A DNA stretch of 64,000 nt from a virus (IMGVR_UViG_3300028887_000002:212278-276277); one strand, 5' to 3'; shown: positions 9,202 through 19,444, counted from the stretch's first letter. Numbers and translations: made by a program. Notes: generated from the letters alone by a model not told the origin.

Positions 9202-9987
9202 GTGAACGACAATGCCAATATTACTACAACGCAGGAAGTTGCAACTCCAAAGAAACGGGGGCGCAAACCAAACCCAGATAAGCGGAAGATGTATTTTGAC
9301 GCAAGGGAAGAAGAGGCGTTCAGACAGTATCTGACAACCACCGACAAGGCAGAGAAGGATGAGATTTTCCACAAGATACTTTATCCTGCTCTGTCCAAGA
9401 TGGTGGAATGTATCATTAGGCGCTACAATCTGTCAACACCAAATGAAGATTACGAGAGTACGTTTAAAGATACGTTGTCATTCCTGATAACCAAGACCAG
9501 CACTTTTAACCCTGAAAAGAACAAGAAGGCTTATTCCTACTGCGGTACAATCTGCAAGAACTACCTCATATTCAAGATGACTGCCTATTCAAAGAAGGAA
9601 TCAAAGAACTCTTCCTACGAAACGGTCTATAATGAGCATAATCCCGATGTCCGTTCAAGTGAGGAAAGGGAAACTGAAACAACGGAATTCAACCAGGAAT
9701 TGTTGGAGTTGATGAGACTGCGTCTCTCACAGTACCTTGAGAAGAAATCAAACTTGAACGAGAATGAACGCAAGGTAGGGTATGCATTATGCGAACTCCT
9801 TGAACATTGGGATGAGATATTTAATAACTTTGACGGTGATGAGACGAAGAAGTACAACAAGACCAACGTTCTCTACTATATCAAGGAGAATACGCTGTTG
9901 ACAACAACCGAGGTACGAAATGCCATGAAGATGTACAAGAAGTTGTACCGCAACACCAAGAAACGCTTCTTGGATAGCCAAATTTAG
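9202..9987 (+). CDS. sigma-70 family (region 2-like) factor with N-terminal AT-hook-like basic tract (KKRGRKPNPDKRK)
   Basis: DYESTFKDTLSFLITKTSTFNPEKNKKAYSYCGTICKNYLI matches sigma region 2.1-2.2 (FDP..g..FSTYA..I). Size 261 aa. Confidence 0.55.
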   Translation: MNDNANITTTQEVATPKKRGRKPNPDKRKMYFDAREEEAFRQYLTTTDKAEKDEIFHKILYPALSKMVECIIRRYNLSTPNEDYESTFKDTLSFLITKTSTFNPEKNKKAYSYCGTICKNYLIFKMTAYSKKESKNSSYETVYNEHNPDVRSSEERETETTEFNQELLELMRLRLSQYLEKKSNLNENERKVGYALCELLEHWDEIFNNFDGDETKKYNKTNVLYYIKENTLLTTTEVRNAMKMYKKLYRNTKKRFLDSQI

Positions 9988-10025
9988 TGTTTTCGGATAT
10001 TTATACTTAGTAAAACTTATACGAT

Positions 10026-10436
10026 ATGCCAGTACTTAAGAAATATAAGGTGAAACTCAACTCGAAGGATAATCTTGAATGCCTCTTGCAGGAACTTTAT
10101 GACGAGGCTTGCAAGAACCTTGTTGAGATACAGAACCAGATGAACAAACTTACAAGTTCCGTCCAACTCAACGATGAGATTATGGATGGCAAGGCGAAGT
10201 ATGCCAAGGCGATGAACGACTATCTCACCAACAAGAACAAGGCGATAAACACCAAACTGGATGTTGCAAGGCTTCTTTCTGATGTAATAAAGATGCAGGG
10301 CGACAAGCGCAAGGACAAGGGTGACGTTGATGAGGTTGGCGACTGGGATAAACTGCTTGACAATCTGAGTGAAAAGGATATGCTTCCGATTTCTTCAACC
10401 AACGAGAAGAAGGGTGAACAATATATTTTGAAATAA
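10026..10436 (+). CDS. hypothetical coiled-coil protein (136 aa)
   Basis: ORF with an ATATTTATAC element about 33 nt upstream. Confidence 0.55.
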   Translation: MPVLKKYKVKLNSKDNLECLLQELYDEACKNLVEIQNQMNKLTSSVQLNDEIMDGKAKYAKAMNDYLTNKNKAINTKLDVARLLSDVIKMQGDKRKDKGDVDEVGDWDKLLDNLSEKDMLPISSTNEKKGEQYILK

Positions 10437-10448
10437 TCTTTTGAGGTT

Positions 10449-12569
10449 ATGGCTACCAGTAAGGAGATGAAGGAGAAGACATTGGCTACTATTGATGGTG
10501 CGCTGTGTGTTTTGGACAAGTTACCGAGGCTTGACCCGACCAATATCGACATATCATTCAATGCATCGGTAAACCCGTTTGAACTTCTTCTTGATATGCT
10601 GAAGCGTACAAGGGGATATGACGGGATGATTGAGATACTGTCAAAGATAATTGGTTGGTCGGTGGACGCATTGGAACCCATAGTCAAGGCATTGATAATT
10701 TCAAACCTCAAGTCTTATTTCACCTGTAGCATAAACCCAATAATACCCGACAGGCTGTTGGAGGACGGATTTGTCTTTGACTTGAAAAAGATTGACATAA
10801 ACGGCATAATGAACTATTCTCCTATAAGTTCAAGAGCAAAGTTGCCGTACTACGATGATAATCCTGGCAAATATATGTACTTTGGTTGTGAGGATTTTGA
10901 AACCACCGATGACCTTATAAACGCCACCGACTTTGACGCATTCTTGTGGTATGTGAAGAACTGTACCACGGACAGACAAGTTTGGTTGGGGGTTGACTTA
11001 CTTAAGGCTAACCAAATATCAGGTTCTCCGAGGCCAAATTCAAAATTTACCAAGCAACGCAAGTCAGATGGCATTGTGACGCTTGAATATAACGGGCGTT
11101 CATCGGGGTTGACTAAGGCTATGGGGGAAGCATATAATATTCCACCAGCAACACTTAACACCCAAGTCCCGTTCAACAACTGCATACATTTGTTCATAGG
11201 AAATGTACTGAAAGTTCCAGAAAATGAAGTACAGGCGCTTTATAGTACAATACCGATGGTTAGACGTAATATTAGTGACTTACATAACACCATTGATAAG
11301 GCTAGAGATTATATCAGTGAAATAGAAGAGACTTTAAAAGAACTGAAAAACGACAAGAACCTTACGGCAGAGGAACTGAAAGAGAAGGAAAACTTCTGCA
11401 ATGCAGACATCTCCAACCTCAGAACTGCTATAAAGGCAATGAAGGGAACGCGCCGTAATGATACATCAGTCCAAGATGTTATGGGTAACATATTAGTTCC
11501 AGACGGGGATACGCAGAAACTTCTTCCTTTACAATCAATAAACACCGAACTGGTTATACCGACATCAATAGTCGAAACAAGCATAATTGAAGAGGAGAGG
11601 TATTTAAGACAAGCGGTTCAATCGGAACAGACCCAAGCCAACAACGGAATGTATCGTCCGATTGAAATGAACTACTACTACCGCAAGCCTTTATTCCTGT
11701 TCAACTACGACTATGTAATGTCATTGAAGATATTTGACAAGAAGGTTGTTACCGCACAGTTGGTTGATGCGTTGACGCAATGCTTTACCGTCAATATGTC
11801 GTTGTCCTACGAGGAGGCTCTTATCCGTGCGGAAGTGGAACGGATGGTAAATGATATTGTTGAGAGTGATGACACCTATGTGAACGACTGTTTCTTTACG
11901 TTCGCCAACGATACCTACAATGATATGCTGGAGACCACGCAGATGAACCATATGGGTATTCATACGGACAGCAATGGAAACGGACGTGTTATTGACTATA
12001 GTAGCATAATGGATGCTCTGAACCAAGTAAGCGAGGCTGCCACTGAAAACGATATGAGTACTGCAATAGAGGGTGTGTTGAGTGTTGCTTCAGCCTCATT
12101 GTTAAGTATAGATGAAACTAGGGAGCGAGATTTCAAGGCTGACATTACATTGATTGAAAGTTTTATGACAAATCTTGCTGCTGTGCTGGTAAGAGCGTTG
12201 ATTTCACCCAAACTATATATGCTGATGGCTGTAAATATGCGTGTTATGGGTGATGCGAACCCCAACTTCGATGTCGGTAACTTCATAAGGATGAATAAGA
12301 ACATGATGGTTTCGCTTATCCGTTCCATAAGGGATGAACTCATTAGGCTTATAATGAATGAGGTTATGTCCATCCTTAAGGATATTGCTGAAAGTGTTAT
12401 GGCAAAGTTGACGGTTGAACAGTTCCAGTACTACAAGAACCTGCTTGCAAGTTGCATTGAATGCTTCAGACTGTTCGGTACTGGCATCAGCGACTGGAAT
12501 ATGGATAATGTTGATTACGCTGACATCTATGAGACTGACGAGCCTGAACCACAACCAAATAACTGCTAA
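10449..12569 (+). CDS. large virion structural protein, probably a baseplate or tail component (706 aa)
   Basis: Long ORF immediately upstream of the small paralogs and the gp5/gpV-like hub gene. Function inferred from context only. Confidence 0.45.
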   Translation: MATSKEMKEKTLATIDGALCVLDKLPRLDPTNIDISFNASVNPFELLLDMLKRTRGYDGMIEILSKIIGWSVDALEPIVKALIISNLKSYFTCSINPIIPDRLLEDGFVFDLKKIDINGIMNYSPISSRAKLPYYDDNPGKYMYFGCEDFETTDDLINATDFDAFLWYVKNCTTDRQVWLGVDLLKANQISGSPRPNSKFTKQRKSDGIVTLEYNGRSSGLTKAMGEAYNIPPATLNTQVPFNNCIHLFIGNVLKVPENEVQALYSTIPMVRRNISDLHNTIDKARDYISEIEETLKELKNDKNLTAEELKEKENFCNADISNLRTAIKAMKGTRRNDTSVQDVMGNILVPDGDTQKLLPLQSINTELVIPTSIVETSIIEEERYLRQAVQSEQTQANNGMYRPIEMNYYYRKPLFLFNYDYVMSLKIFDKKVVTAQLVDALTQCFTVNMSLSYEEALIRAEVERMVNDIVESDDTYVNDCFFTFANDTYNDMLETTQMNHMGIHTDSNGNGRVIDYSSIMDALNQVSEAATENDMSTAIEGVLSVASASLLSIDETRERDFKADITLIESFMTNLAAVLVRALISPKLYMLMAVNMRVMGDANPNFDVGNFIRMNKNMMVSLIRSIRDELIRLIMNEVMSILKDIAESVMAKLTVEQFQYYKNLLASCIECFRLFGTGISDWNMDNVDYADIYETDEPEPQPNNC

Positions 12570-12583
12570 AACAATATAAATTT

Positions 12584-12979
12584 ATGAGTTGGATAAAACA
12601 GATTTCAGACAGGGTAAACACACTTTTTGAGAATGCAAGGGCGCCAATGCCCACCATTCCTCCGATACTGCTTGCGTGTGAGATTATGCGCCGTCCAGGG
12701 CTTTCGGCTATGGCGTTGGCTGCTTCAATAATAAGGAGACTTCCAGAAGCAGGTGTTCCTACTGACAGAAATCCCGATGGTAGCGAGAATGTCGTGGTGA
12801 AGACAATAATGATTGGGTGTGAGGAACTGGTGAGGGAGATAAAGGAGAACTCCTCGGTAACGTGCGCATTAAGTCCTGGACAGATAAACGTGACAATAAG
12901 CGGTGGTAATGCTGGCGGTCCTATCATTGGTACGGGAACCAACGTTGCACCATTTACAATAAAAGGTATATTCCAATAG
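12584..12979 (+). CDS. hypothetical protein, paralog A (131 aa)
   Basis: MSWIKQISDRVNTLFENARAPMPTIPPILLACEIMRRPGLSAMALA... is clearly homologous to the next ORF. Confidence 0.55.
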   Translation: MSWIKQISDRVNTLFENARAPMPTIPPILLACEIMRRPGLSAMALAASIIRRLPEAGVPTDRNPDGSENVVVKTIMIGCEELVREIKENSSVTCALSPGQINVTISGGNAGGPIIGTGTNVAPFTIKGIFQ

Positions 12980-12983
12980 GACT

Positions 12984-13358
12984 ATGGGGTGGATAAAGAC
13001 TATATCATCACGGGTGAACAACCTTTTTAAGAATGCAAGAACACCAATCCAAAGCATCCCCCCGATACTTATGCTCTGTGAAATCTACCGACGCCCTGGA
13101 CTTTCTGCTATGGCTTTGGCTTCACAGGTGATAAGAAGGCAGGAGGTTACCGATGACTATTGCCCCTGCGGTATTGCGAATGTTAACAACAGGGTTTGGA
13201 AGATAATAGCTGAGGAGGTTGTAAAGCATATCAAGGACTATGGCATTGCTAAATGTACGATAAATATGGGCGACATTCAGTTCCAATGTATTATTGGCGA
13301 AACCACTATGTCGGGTAGCAACCTCAATACGATAGGTATTGATGGAATCGGAAGTTGA
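12984..13358 (+). CDS. hypothetical protein, paralog B (124 aa)
   Basis: MGWIKTISSRVNNLFKNARTPIQSIPPILMLCEIYRRPGLSAMALA... is a tandem duplicate of the 12584..12979 protein. Confidence 0.55.
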   Translation: MGWIKTISSRVNNLFKNARTPIQSIPPILMLCEIYRRPGLSAMALASQVIRRQEVTDDYCPCGIANVNNRVWKIIAEEVVKHIKDYGIAKCTINMGDIQFQCIIGETTMSGSNLNTIGIDGIGS

Positions 13359-13383
13359 TAACAAAGAAAAAATTCATTAATAT

Positions 13384-13575
13384 ATGGAAATAGAAATGTT
13401 TACGAACAAGGAACTCGAAGACCAGATGGCTTCCATTGAGAAGAGGTACAATGAGGAGAAGTACAACTGCAAGGTCACCATTGACGAGGCTATCGAACGT
13501 ATGGAAAAACTTTCAAACGAATATGAAAAGGTAAAGGCAGAATTAAAGCGTAGAGGAGGACAGATTAATGGTTGA
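13384..13575 (+). CDS. small coiled-coil protein (63 aa)
   Basis: ORF overlapping the next gene start by 8 nt. Confidence 0.4.
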   Translation: MEIEMFTNKELEDQMASIEKRYNEEKYNCKVTIDEAIERMEKLSNEYEKVKAELKRRGGQING

Positions 13576-14479
13576 GTTTAGTAAAGACAAATATATCATT
13601 CGAATGTGTGAGGTTGTCTCCGTTGACGATGAGAACGAGGGGCAACGCATAAAAGTGTTTATACCTGGTATTGATGAGTATGATAGGGTTTCCGAAGGTA
13701 TGACAATGCCGAGAACTGACAAGTTGCCGTACTGTTTCCCGTTATTACCAAAGATGCTACACGTTATGCCGAAGGTTGGCGAGTGTGTATTGGTGTTGCT
13801 GGAGGAAATGGGTGTTACTGGCGGTCAACGCTATTATATCGGGCCGATTATCTCTCAGGACTACAAGATGAAAAAGGATAGTTTCAAGGTCAGTGCGACA
13901 AGCCTTATGAACGGACAGCGCAAGTTCCCGCCACTTCCAGCGCCTTCATTAAATCCTGAAACCGAAGGTAGTATCCCCGACAAGGATGATATTGCAGTGA
14001 GGGGAAGAAACAATAGCGATATGGTACTGAAGGACAATGAACTACGACTTAGGGTTGGGTTTACTGATACCGACAAGAAGAACGATGTGCTTAACTCTCT
14101 GAACTACAACCATACCGACCTTGGATATATACAGATGAAATATGCTGAACGCAACGACGAGAAACGCAGGACTTATAACAGCAGTATCAACATTGTGGCT
14201 GACAGGATAAACATATTGTCCCACGATTCAGTTGACAAGTTCGAGATACAGGACAGGAACGAACTGGTTCCTAACAGCGAGATGGCAAAGATACTCGAAA
14301 AAGCACATCTATTACCATATGGCGACTTATTGGTGGACTTCTTGAAGGAGTTCATAAGGATATTCAAGAGCCACACCCATCCGTATGCAATGCTTCCGCC
14401 TTGTCTGCCCTCACAGGACGTAAAGATATTGGACACGGACTTGAGCACTTTGTTATCCAAATCAATAAGAATCAATTAG
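13568..14479 (+). CDS. baseplate hub/spike protein, gp5 / gpV-like N-terminal OB-fold domain
   Basis: RIKVFIPGI...PKVGECVLVLLEEMGVTGGQRYYIGPI matches the conserved gp5/gpV N-terminal pattern (RVrV...vGdeVlV.F..GD...piilG). Confidence 0.55.
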   Translation: MVEFSKDKYIIRMCEVVSVDDENEGQRIKVFIPGIDEYDRVSEGMTMPRTDKLPYCFPLLPKMLHVMPKVGECVLVLLEEMGVTGGQRYYIGPIISQDYKMKKDSFKVSATSLMNGQRKFPPLPAPSLNPETEGSIPDKDDIAVRGRNNSDMVLKDNELRLRVGFTDTDKKNDVLNSLNYNHTDLGYIQMKYAERNDEKRRTYNSSINIVADRINILSHDSVDKFEIQDRNELVPNSEMAKILEKAHLLPYGDLLVDFLKEFIRIFKSHTHPYAMLPPCLPSQDVKILDTDLSTLLSKSIRIN

Positions 14480-14503
14480 CGGAAATAGACTATTTATTAT
14501 ATA

Positions 14504-15280
14504 ATGGATAGCAGATTCAAAGATATTATCAACAAGGAAATTATCGCCTATGAGACGATATATTGGGATATTTGCCGTGACATGATTTCCATAATGGGAA
14601 AACCGACGAAGCCGAACTACTACAAAGCAAGAAAAATTACCCATGAGTTGAAGAATAGGTGTTTAAGAAATATCACAGTTGCGCCAAAAAAAATCTCTTT
14701 TGATAAATATGAAGATTTTGAATACTGGGCAGAAGATTGCAGGAATTTCAAACTACCAGCCAACTTTGGTGAAACTAGAACAATTCCAAGGTATGACATA
14801 AGTGTTAAGGATGATAACAACCAATATTGTTCTTCAATAACACCCTTTATAATGCTCAATATGTGCAACGATATTTTTGAAAGTTATAACTACGACATAC
14901 CTAATAGCTATATGAAAGAATATATTGATAATGAGTTGGATAAGATATATAAATTATTAATAGCAAAACATTTCTTCACTGTGGATATTGACTACATAAC
15001 GGATATATGTAAGTCGGTTGACAATTTCATTACAAACACAAACCTTTACAAAAAAATGACTTCAATCGTTGAAGGTGGTGAAATGTTGGGTGGAGAAAAT
15101 ATTTCAGACTCCAACGAAGATATTAGAGACTTGATAAACTATACAGCAAGGAAATTAGCGCGAATAGTCTTCCAATTCAAACAAATGGTAATAATGGATT
15201 ATTCGCTACCGCATAAACATTCAATACAAGAAAGTGATATCTATTATCAAAATCATATAAAAAAATACTTAATAAGATGA
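14504..15280 (+). CDS. hypothetical protein (258 aa), very low GC
   Basis: ORF whose composition is strongly AT-skewed relative to the flanking structural genes. Confidence 0.5.
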   Translation: MDSRFKDIINKEIIAYETIYWDICRDMISIMGKPTKPNYYKARKITHELKNRCLRNITVAPKKISFDKYEDFEYWAEDCRNFKLPANFGETRTIPRYDISVKDDNNQYCSSITPFIMLNMCNDIFESYNYDIPNSYMKEYIDNELDKIYKLLIAKHFFTVDIDYITDICKSVDNFITNTNLYKKMTSIVEGGEMLGGENISDSNEDIRDLINYTARKLARIVFQFKQMVIMDYSLPHKHSIQESDIYYQNHIKKYLIR

Positions 15281-16086
15281 AGTTAAACAATAAATACATC
15301 AGACGGATACTTCGTGAAGCAATAGAAGAATCATTGGGCATTTCAGATAAAGTAAAAGAAGTATCTGATTCAATATTAAGAGCCGCACTTAATGGTGAAA
15401 CTCACGTAAAAATGGATGACATTGACATCTGTTTATCGTATGAAAATATCAATTTTAAGAATTTTGGTGAATATGAACGCTGGGTTGACACCAATCACCG
15501 ACTAGCATTTAGTTTCATTAAGTTTCACAAAGTAATCACGTTTGGTAATCTATATTTCAAACTTATTTATATAGATGGAAAATTAGACTATGCTGAAACC
15601 CTTAATTCAATATACCATGAAGTAGAACACATATTTCAACAAATAAAACAAAATAAAAGTTTTGGAAATGAAAGGAATAACACTAAATACTCTAAAGTAG
15701 ATATACCACCCACCAACAAATATGAACAATTTGTATGGACTGTAAAATATTTATCTTTCCGTTATGAAATAGATGGTGAAATTAATGGTTTATATGGTAG
15801 TTTAAATGGCTGTGCTGAAAAAGGTGAAATACCAAAAAATAAATATGAAATATTAGATATTGTAAAAGAAAGTGATATCTTTAAGAAGATGAATGTTATA
15901 AAGGATGGTTTATCATTGACAAAAACCAACCCTAAAGAAATAACTAAGGCTCTTATGTGTTACGGTTATAATGAACCATCTTTAGAAAAATTAGAAGTTA
16001 AAGCAACCCATATATTAAACGCTGTAAAATTGAAAATTTGGCGCCTAATAACTAAATTTATGGAGGACTACAATATAAATAACTAA
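15277..16086 (+). CDS. hypothetical protein (269 aa), very low GC; contains HEVEH (HExxH-like)
   Basis: ORF overlapping the upstream stop. N-terminal IRRILREAIEE has weak resemblance to the CTS-like motif. Confidence 0.5.
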   Translation: MKLNNKYIRRILREAIEESLGISDKVKEVSDSILRAALNGETHVKMDDIDICLSYENINFKNFGEYERWVDTNHRLAFSFIKFHKVITFGNLYFKLIYIDGKLDYAETLNSIYHEVEHIFQQIKQNKSFGNERNNTKYSKVDIPPTNKYEQFVWTVKYLSFRYEIDGEINGLYGSLNGCAEKGEIPKNKYEILDIVKESDIFKKMNVIKDGLSLTKTNPKEITKALMCYGYNEPSLEKLEVKATHILNAVKLKIWRLITKFMEDYNINN

Positions 16087-16105
16087 TTACTATATTCATT
16101 AGATT

Positions 16106-17542
16106 ATGATTGAAACACATACATTCTTGGACAAATGCAACACGTTGATGGTTAATTCGGAGATAAACTACTGCCTTAACCCGATGATTGAACTTTATTA
16201 CGGCTACGAACTGTCAAGGTGCATAATACATTTTGACACCGACAAGGTAAAGCAACTTGTTGATAATAAGATATACCCTGACATTACCAAGTTAAGGCAC
16301 AGGCTGAAGATGGTAAATACAGCGAATTTCGAGGCTAACGAGAAACTGAACCGTCCGTTCCCAGACCTGCCGTGTACCGACCTCAGGCAACGTGCAATAT
16401 CATTCGACCTCGTATTTTTCCTTGTACCGAAGGATTGGGATGGTGGCCGAGGGTTTGATTCAGATACCGATTTGCATCAGATAATACCAAGCAGGTCAGT
16501 ATCAACAAAGCCATCCAACTGGTTTTATGCTACAAGCATACATAAGTGGGATAAGCCTGGCATCTTTAGTTTTGAAGATTATGAAACTTCCTATTATGCT
16601 GACCAGCAAAGTTCAGAACAAGTACCTTTCATAATTGGTAGCCAGCATTTTGAATACGGTAACGAGGATATTGACATTGACATTACCGATGTTTTCAACA
16701 AGTTTATGCTAGGCGAATACCCCAACTACGGAATAGGCATTGCATTTTGTCCTGAACTTGAGGGTACACCACAGAAGTTATCACAGTATGTTGGATTTTT
16801 CTCAAACACAACCAACGGGTTTTATGAACCATATGTTGAAACAAGATATGACGACTGTCTTTCTGATGACAGAACCGACTTCTATCTTGACAAGGAGAAC
16901 AGACTTTACTTTTACGCAACGGCTGGCGGTCAGTCAATAGAACTTGACAATTTGCCGACCGTAATGCTGAACGACAAGGAATATACAGCCAAGATGCAGA
17001 CAAGGGGTGTGTATTACATTGACGTAATGCTTTCATCGGAAGAATATGAACCCGAAACAATGTACTATGATGTATGGACTAACCTCAACTACAAGGGTAG
17101 ACATATTCCCGACAGTGAACTTTATTTCACAACAAAGGCTCCAGAAGGTTATTTCACTTTTGGTCTCCCATATGAAACCAAATACAACGAGAAGTTTGTC
17201 CCATCAATATACGGTATAAAACAGAATGAAAGGGTATGCCGTGGTGACGTGAGAAAGGTAAACATTGACTGTAAGATACAATACACCAAGAAGCAGATAT
17301 ACCCTACCGACAATATTGAGTATCGTTTATATATACTGGATGGCCAGCGTGAATACGATGTTATCAACTGGTCAAAGGTTGACAGGGGATATAACACAAG
17401 TTACTTTATGATTGATACTGAATCACTGTTACCAGCCGACTATTATGTAGACCTCCGCATTAAGTACGACATGGAGGAGATTATTCATCACAAGCAATTG
17501 AAGTTTACGGTTGTAAACAATATGACAGAAACACACAATTAG
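16106..17542 (+). CDS. hypothetical protein (478 aa), possibly tail-associated
   Basis: Long ORF after the baseplate module. No diagnostic motif. Confidence 0.5.
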   Translation: MIETHTFLDKCNTLMVNSEINYCLNPMIELYYGYELSRCIIHFDTDKVKQLVDNKIYPDITKLRHRLKMVNTANFEANEKLNRPFPDLPCTDLRQRAISFDLVFFLVPKDWDGGRGFDSDTDLHQIIPSRSVSTKPSNWFYATSIHKWDKPGIFSFEDYETSYYADQQSSEQVPFIIGSQHFEYGNEDIDIDITDVFNKFMLGEYPNYGIGIAFCPELEGTPQKLSQYVGFFSNTTNGFYEPYVETRYDDCLSDDRTDFYLDKENRLYFYATAGGQSIELDNLPTVMLNDKEYTAKMQTRGVYYIDVMLSSEEYEPETMYYDVWTNLNYKGRHIPDSELYFTTKAPEGYFTFGLPYETKYNEKFVPSIYGIKQNERVCRGDVRKVNIDCKIQYTKKQIYPTDNIEYRLYILDGQREYDVINWSKVDRGYNTSYFMIDTESLLPADYYVDLRIKYDMEEIIHHKQLKFTVVNNMTETHN

Positions 17543-17554
17543 AAGAAAAATTTT

Positions 17555-18502
17555 ATGAAACAGGTGATTGACAAGGAAATAAGGAAACGCAGTTTCAGAC
17601 GAATGCTGAGAAACAACGCAGTTGAAAGCAGACAATATACAAGCGTGGGCAGTGGCAGGACTTCTGAAGCATACAGGTCGGTAATAAGGAAGAACAGCGA
17701 TATACACGTTGCATTATGTGCAATGGCAAAGATGGAAAACAACTACCTTAGGGAGTGGGTTGAATACCACCTTAACCTTGGATTCGACCACATATTCATA
17801 TACGACAACAACGACAAGGACAGCGAGAGGTGCGAGGACTGCCTTACACCCGAATTGTTGCAAAAGGTTACTATTGTTGACTATAGGGGTAGGATACAGG
17901 GCGACTGCAAGATACAGGTTACCGCCTACCAGGACTGCTACGACAAGAGGCTGAAGGACTACGACTGGGTTTCGTTCCTTGACATTGACGAGTTTATGAC
18001 ATTCACAAAACATAATTCAGTCAAGGATTATCTTACAGCAAGCGTATTCAATGCGTTTGACTGCATAAAGATAAGTTGGCTCTGCTATGACGACAACGAC
18101 AAGTTGCACTACGAGGACAAGCCTGTGCTCGAAAGGTTTACAAGACCATGCTCCGACAAGTCGGTGAACCAGCACTACAAATTGTTCGTAAGGACTGGGC
18201 TGAACGGGTTGAAGATACCCAACGTACATTACACTTCCTATATCAAGGATGTTTGCAACAACTGTGGCAAGCGGGTTACATGGTCTAAGAGCACCAGATT
18301 CTCGCCAGTTACATATGAGTGGGCTTATATAAGGCACTATTGCACCAAGAGCCTTGAGGAGTTTGTGAACATCAAGAAGAAACGCCGTAGCAAGGGGTCT
18401 TCGGAGACAAGGCTCAGCGAGAGGTTCTACTGGAAGTACAACAAGAAGACAGCCGAGAAGGAAAAACTGCTGAAGGAATTGTTCAAGGGGTTGAGAAAAT
18501 AA
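17555..18502 (+). CDS. GT-A fold glycosyltransferase (GT2/GT92-like) with basic N-terminal extension (IRKRSFRRMLRNN)
   Basis: ENNYLREWVEYHLNLGFDHIFIYDNN and a DxD motif (FLDIDEF). Confidence 0.6.
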   Translation: MKQVIDKEIRKRSFRRMLRNNAVESRQYTSVGSGRTSEAYRSVIRKNSDIHVALCAMAKMENNYLREWVEYHLNLGFDHIFIYDNNDKDSERCEDCLTPELLQKVTIVDYRGRIQGDCKIQVTAYQDCYDKRLKDYDWVSFLDIDEFMTFTKHNSVKDYLTASVFNAFDCIKISWLCYDDNDKLHYEDKPVLERFTRPCSDKSVNQHYKLFVRTGLNGLKIPNVHYTSYIKDVCNNCGKRVTWSKSTRFSPVTYEWAYIRHYCTKSLEEFVNIKKKRRSKGSSETRLSERFYWKYNKKTAEKEKLLKELFKGLRK

Positions 18503-18524
18503 TAAAAAATGGATTATTATCAAC

Positions 18525-19439
18525 ATGGATGGCTATAAGATGAAAAACATCAATGAGACTTGGATGAAGCAACGCTCGTTTAGGCGATTGGTACGAACCA
18601 ATATGAAAAACGCAAATGGCGGGAATGGCACACCAATTAACAATGAAAGTGTTTCAACCGCAAGAAGCAACAGGTTCGCGAGGATGGGGAGACCAATAAA
18701 CACGACATCCGTAAGCGAAGGTATATCAATATGCCTTACGGCTTGGAAGACTGCCGACTATATTGAGGAATGCCTTGATAGTATTGAAAACCAGAGTTGG
18801 TTCAAGACACACGACAACTTTGAGGTACTGCTTGGTATTGACGCTTGCGAGGAAACACTTGCAAAGGTGAAGGAGATAATGCACAAGTACAGAAACCTTT
18901 CTGTCTACATGATGGAGAAGAACGTTGGGACTTATGTGACCACAAACACAATGATGAACCTTGCCCAATATGAATGGTTATTAAGGTTCGATACGGATGA
19001 TATTATGTTGCCCAATATGATTGAAACTCTTATGACGAGAAAAGGTAATGCCGAGTTCGTAAGATTTCAAATGGAAAACTTTACCGAGAGTGGTGTCAAG
19101 TGTAATAGAAGTAAAATACAGTTGGCTCATGGTCCGATTCTAATGAAAAAAACTATTTTCCTTAAATTCAAAGGTTATAAGGATTGGGTGTGCAGTGGTG
19201 ATTCCGATTTGATTAAGCGTGTTAAACATTATTGTAGGTATTTTGAATTGAAAGAGGTTTGTTTTAGAAGAAGGATACAGAAAAATTCATTGACAGTAAA
19301 AAAAGACACTAATAACAAATCAGAAGAAAGAAGACGTTTCAACAAACTATTGGGTGACAATAACAATTACTCAACATTAGCAAAATGTATAAATGATGAA
19401 ATTATAACAAATCCATTCTATGAGATATATAAAAAATAA
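18525..19439 (+). CDS. family 2 glycosyltransferase with basic N-terminal extension (MKQRSFRRLVRTN)
   Basis: ISICLTAWKTADYIEECLDSIENQ resembles the GT2 N-terminal signature, and FDTDDIM is the DxD motif. Confidence 0.65.
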   Translation: MDGYKMKNINETWMKQRSFRRLVRTNMKNANGGNGTPINNESVSTARSNRFARMGRPINTTSVSEGISICLTAWKTADYIEECLDSIENQSWFKTHDNFEVLLGIDACEETLAKVKEIMHKYRNLSVYMMEKNVGTYVTTNTMMNLAQYEWLLRFDTDDIMLPNMIETLMTRKGNAEFVRFQMENFTESGVKCNRSKIQLAHGPILMKKTIFLKFKGYKDWVCSGDSDLIKRVKHYCRYFELKEVCFRRRIQKNSLTVKKDTNNKSEERRRFNKLLGDNNNYSTLAKCINDEIITNPFYEIYKK

Positions 19440-19444
19440 AAATA

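Larger units (their letters stand above)
12584..13358 (+). repeat. tandem gene duplication (two ~125-aa paralogs)
   Basis: About 60% amino-acid identity across the N-terminal halves, read from the translations. Confidence 0.6.
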
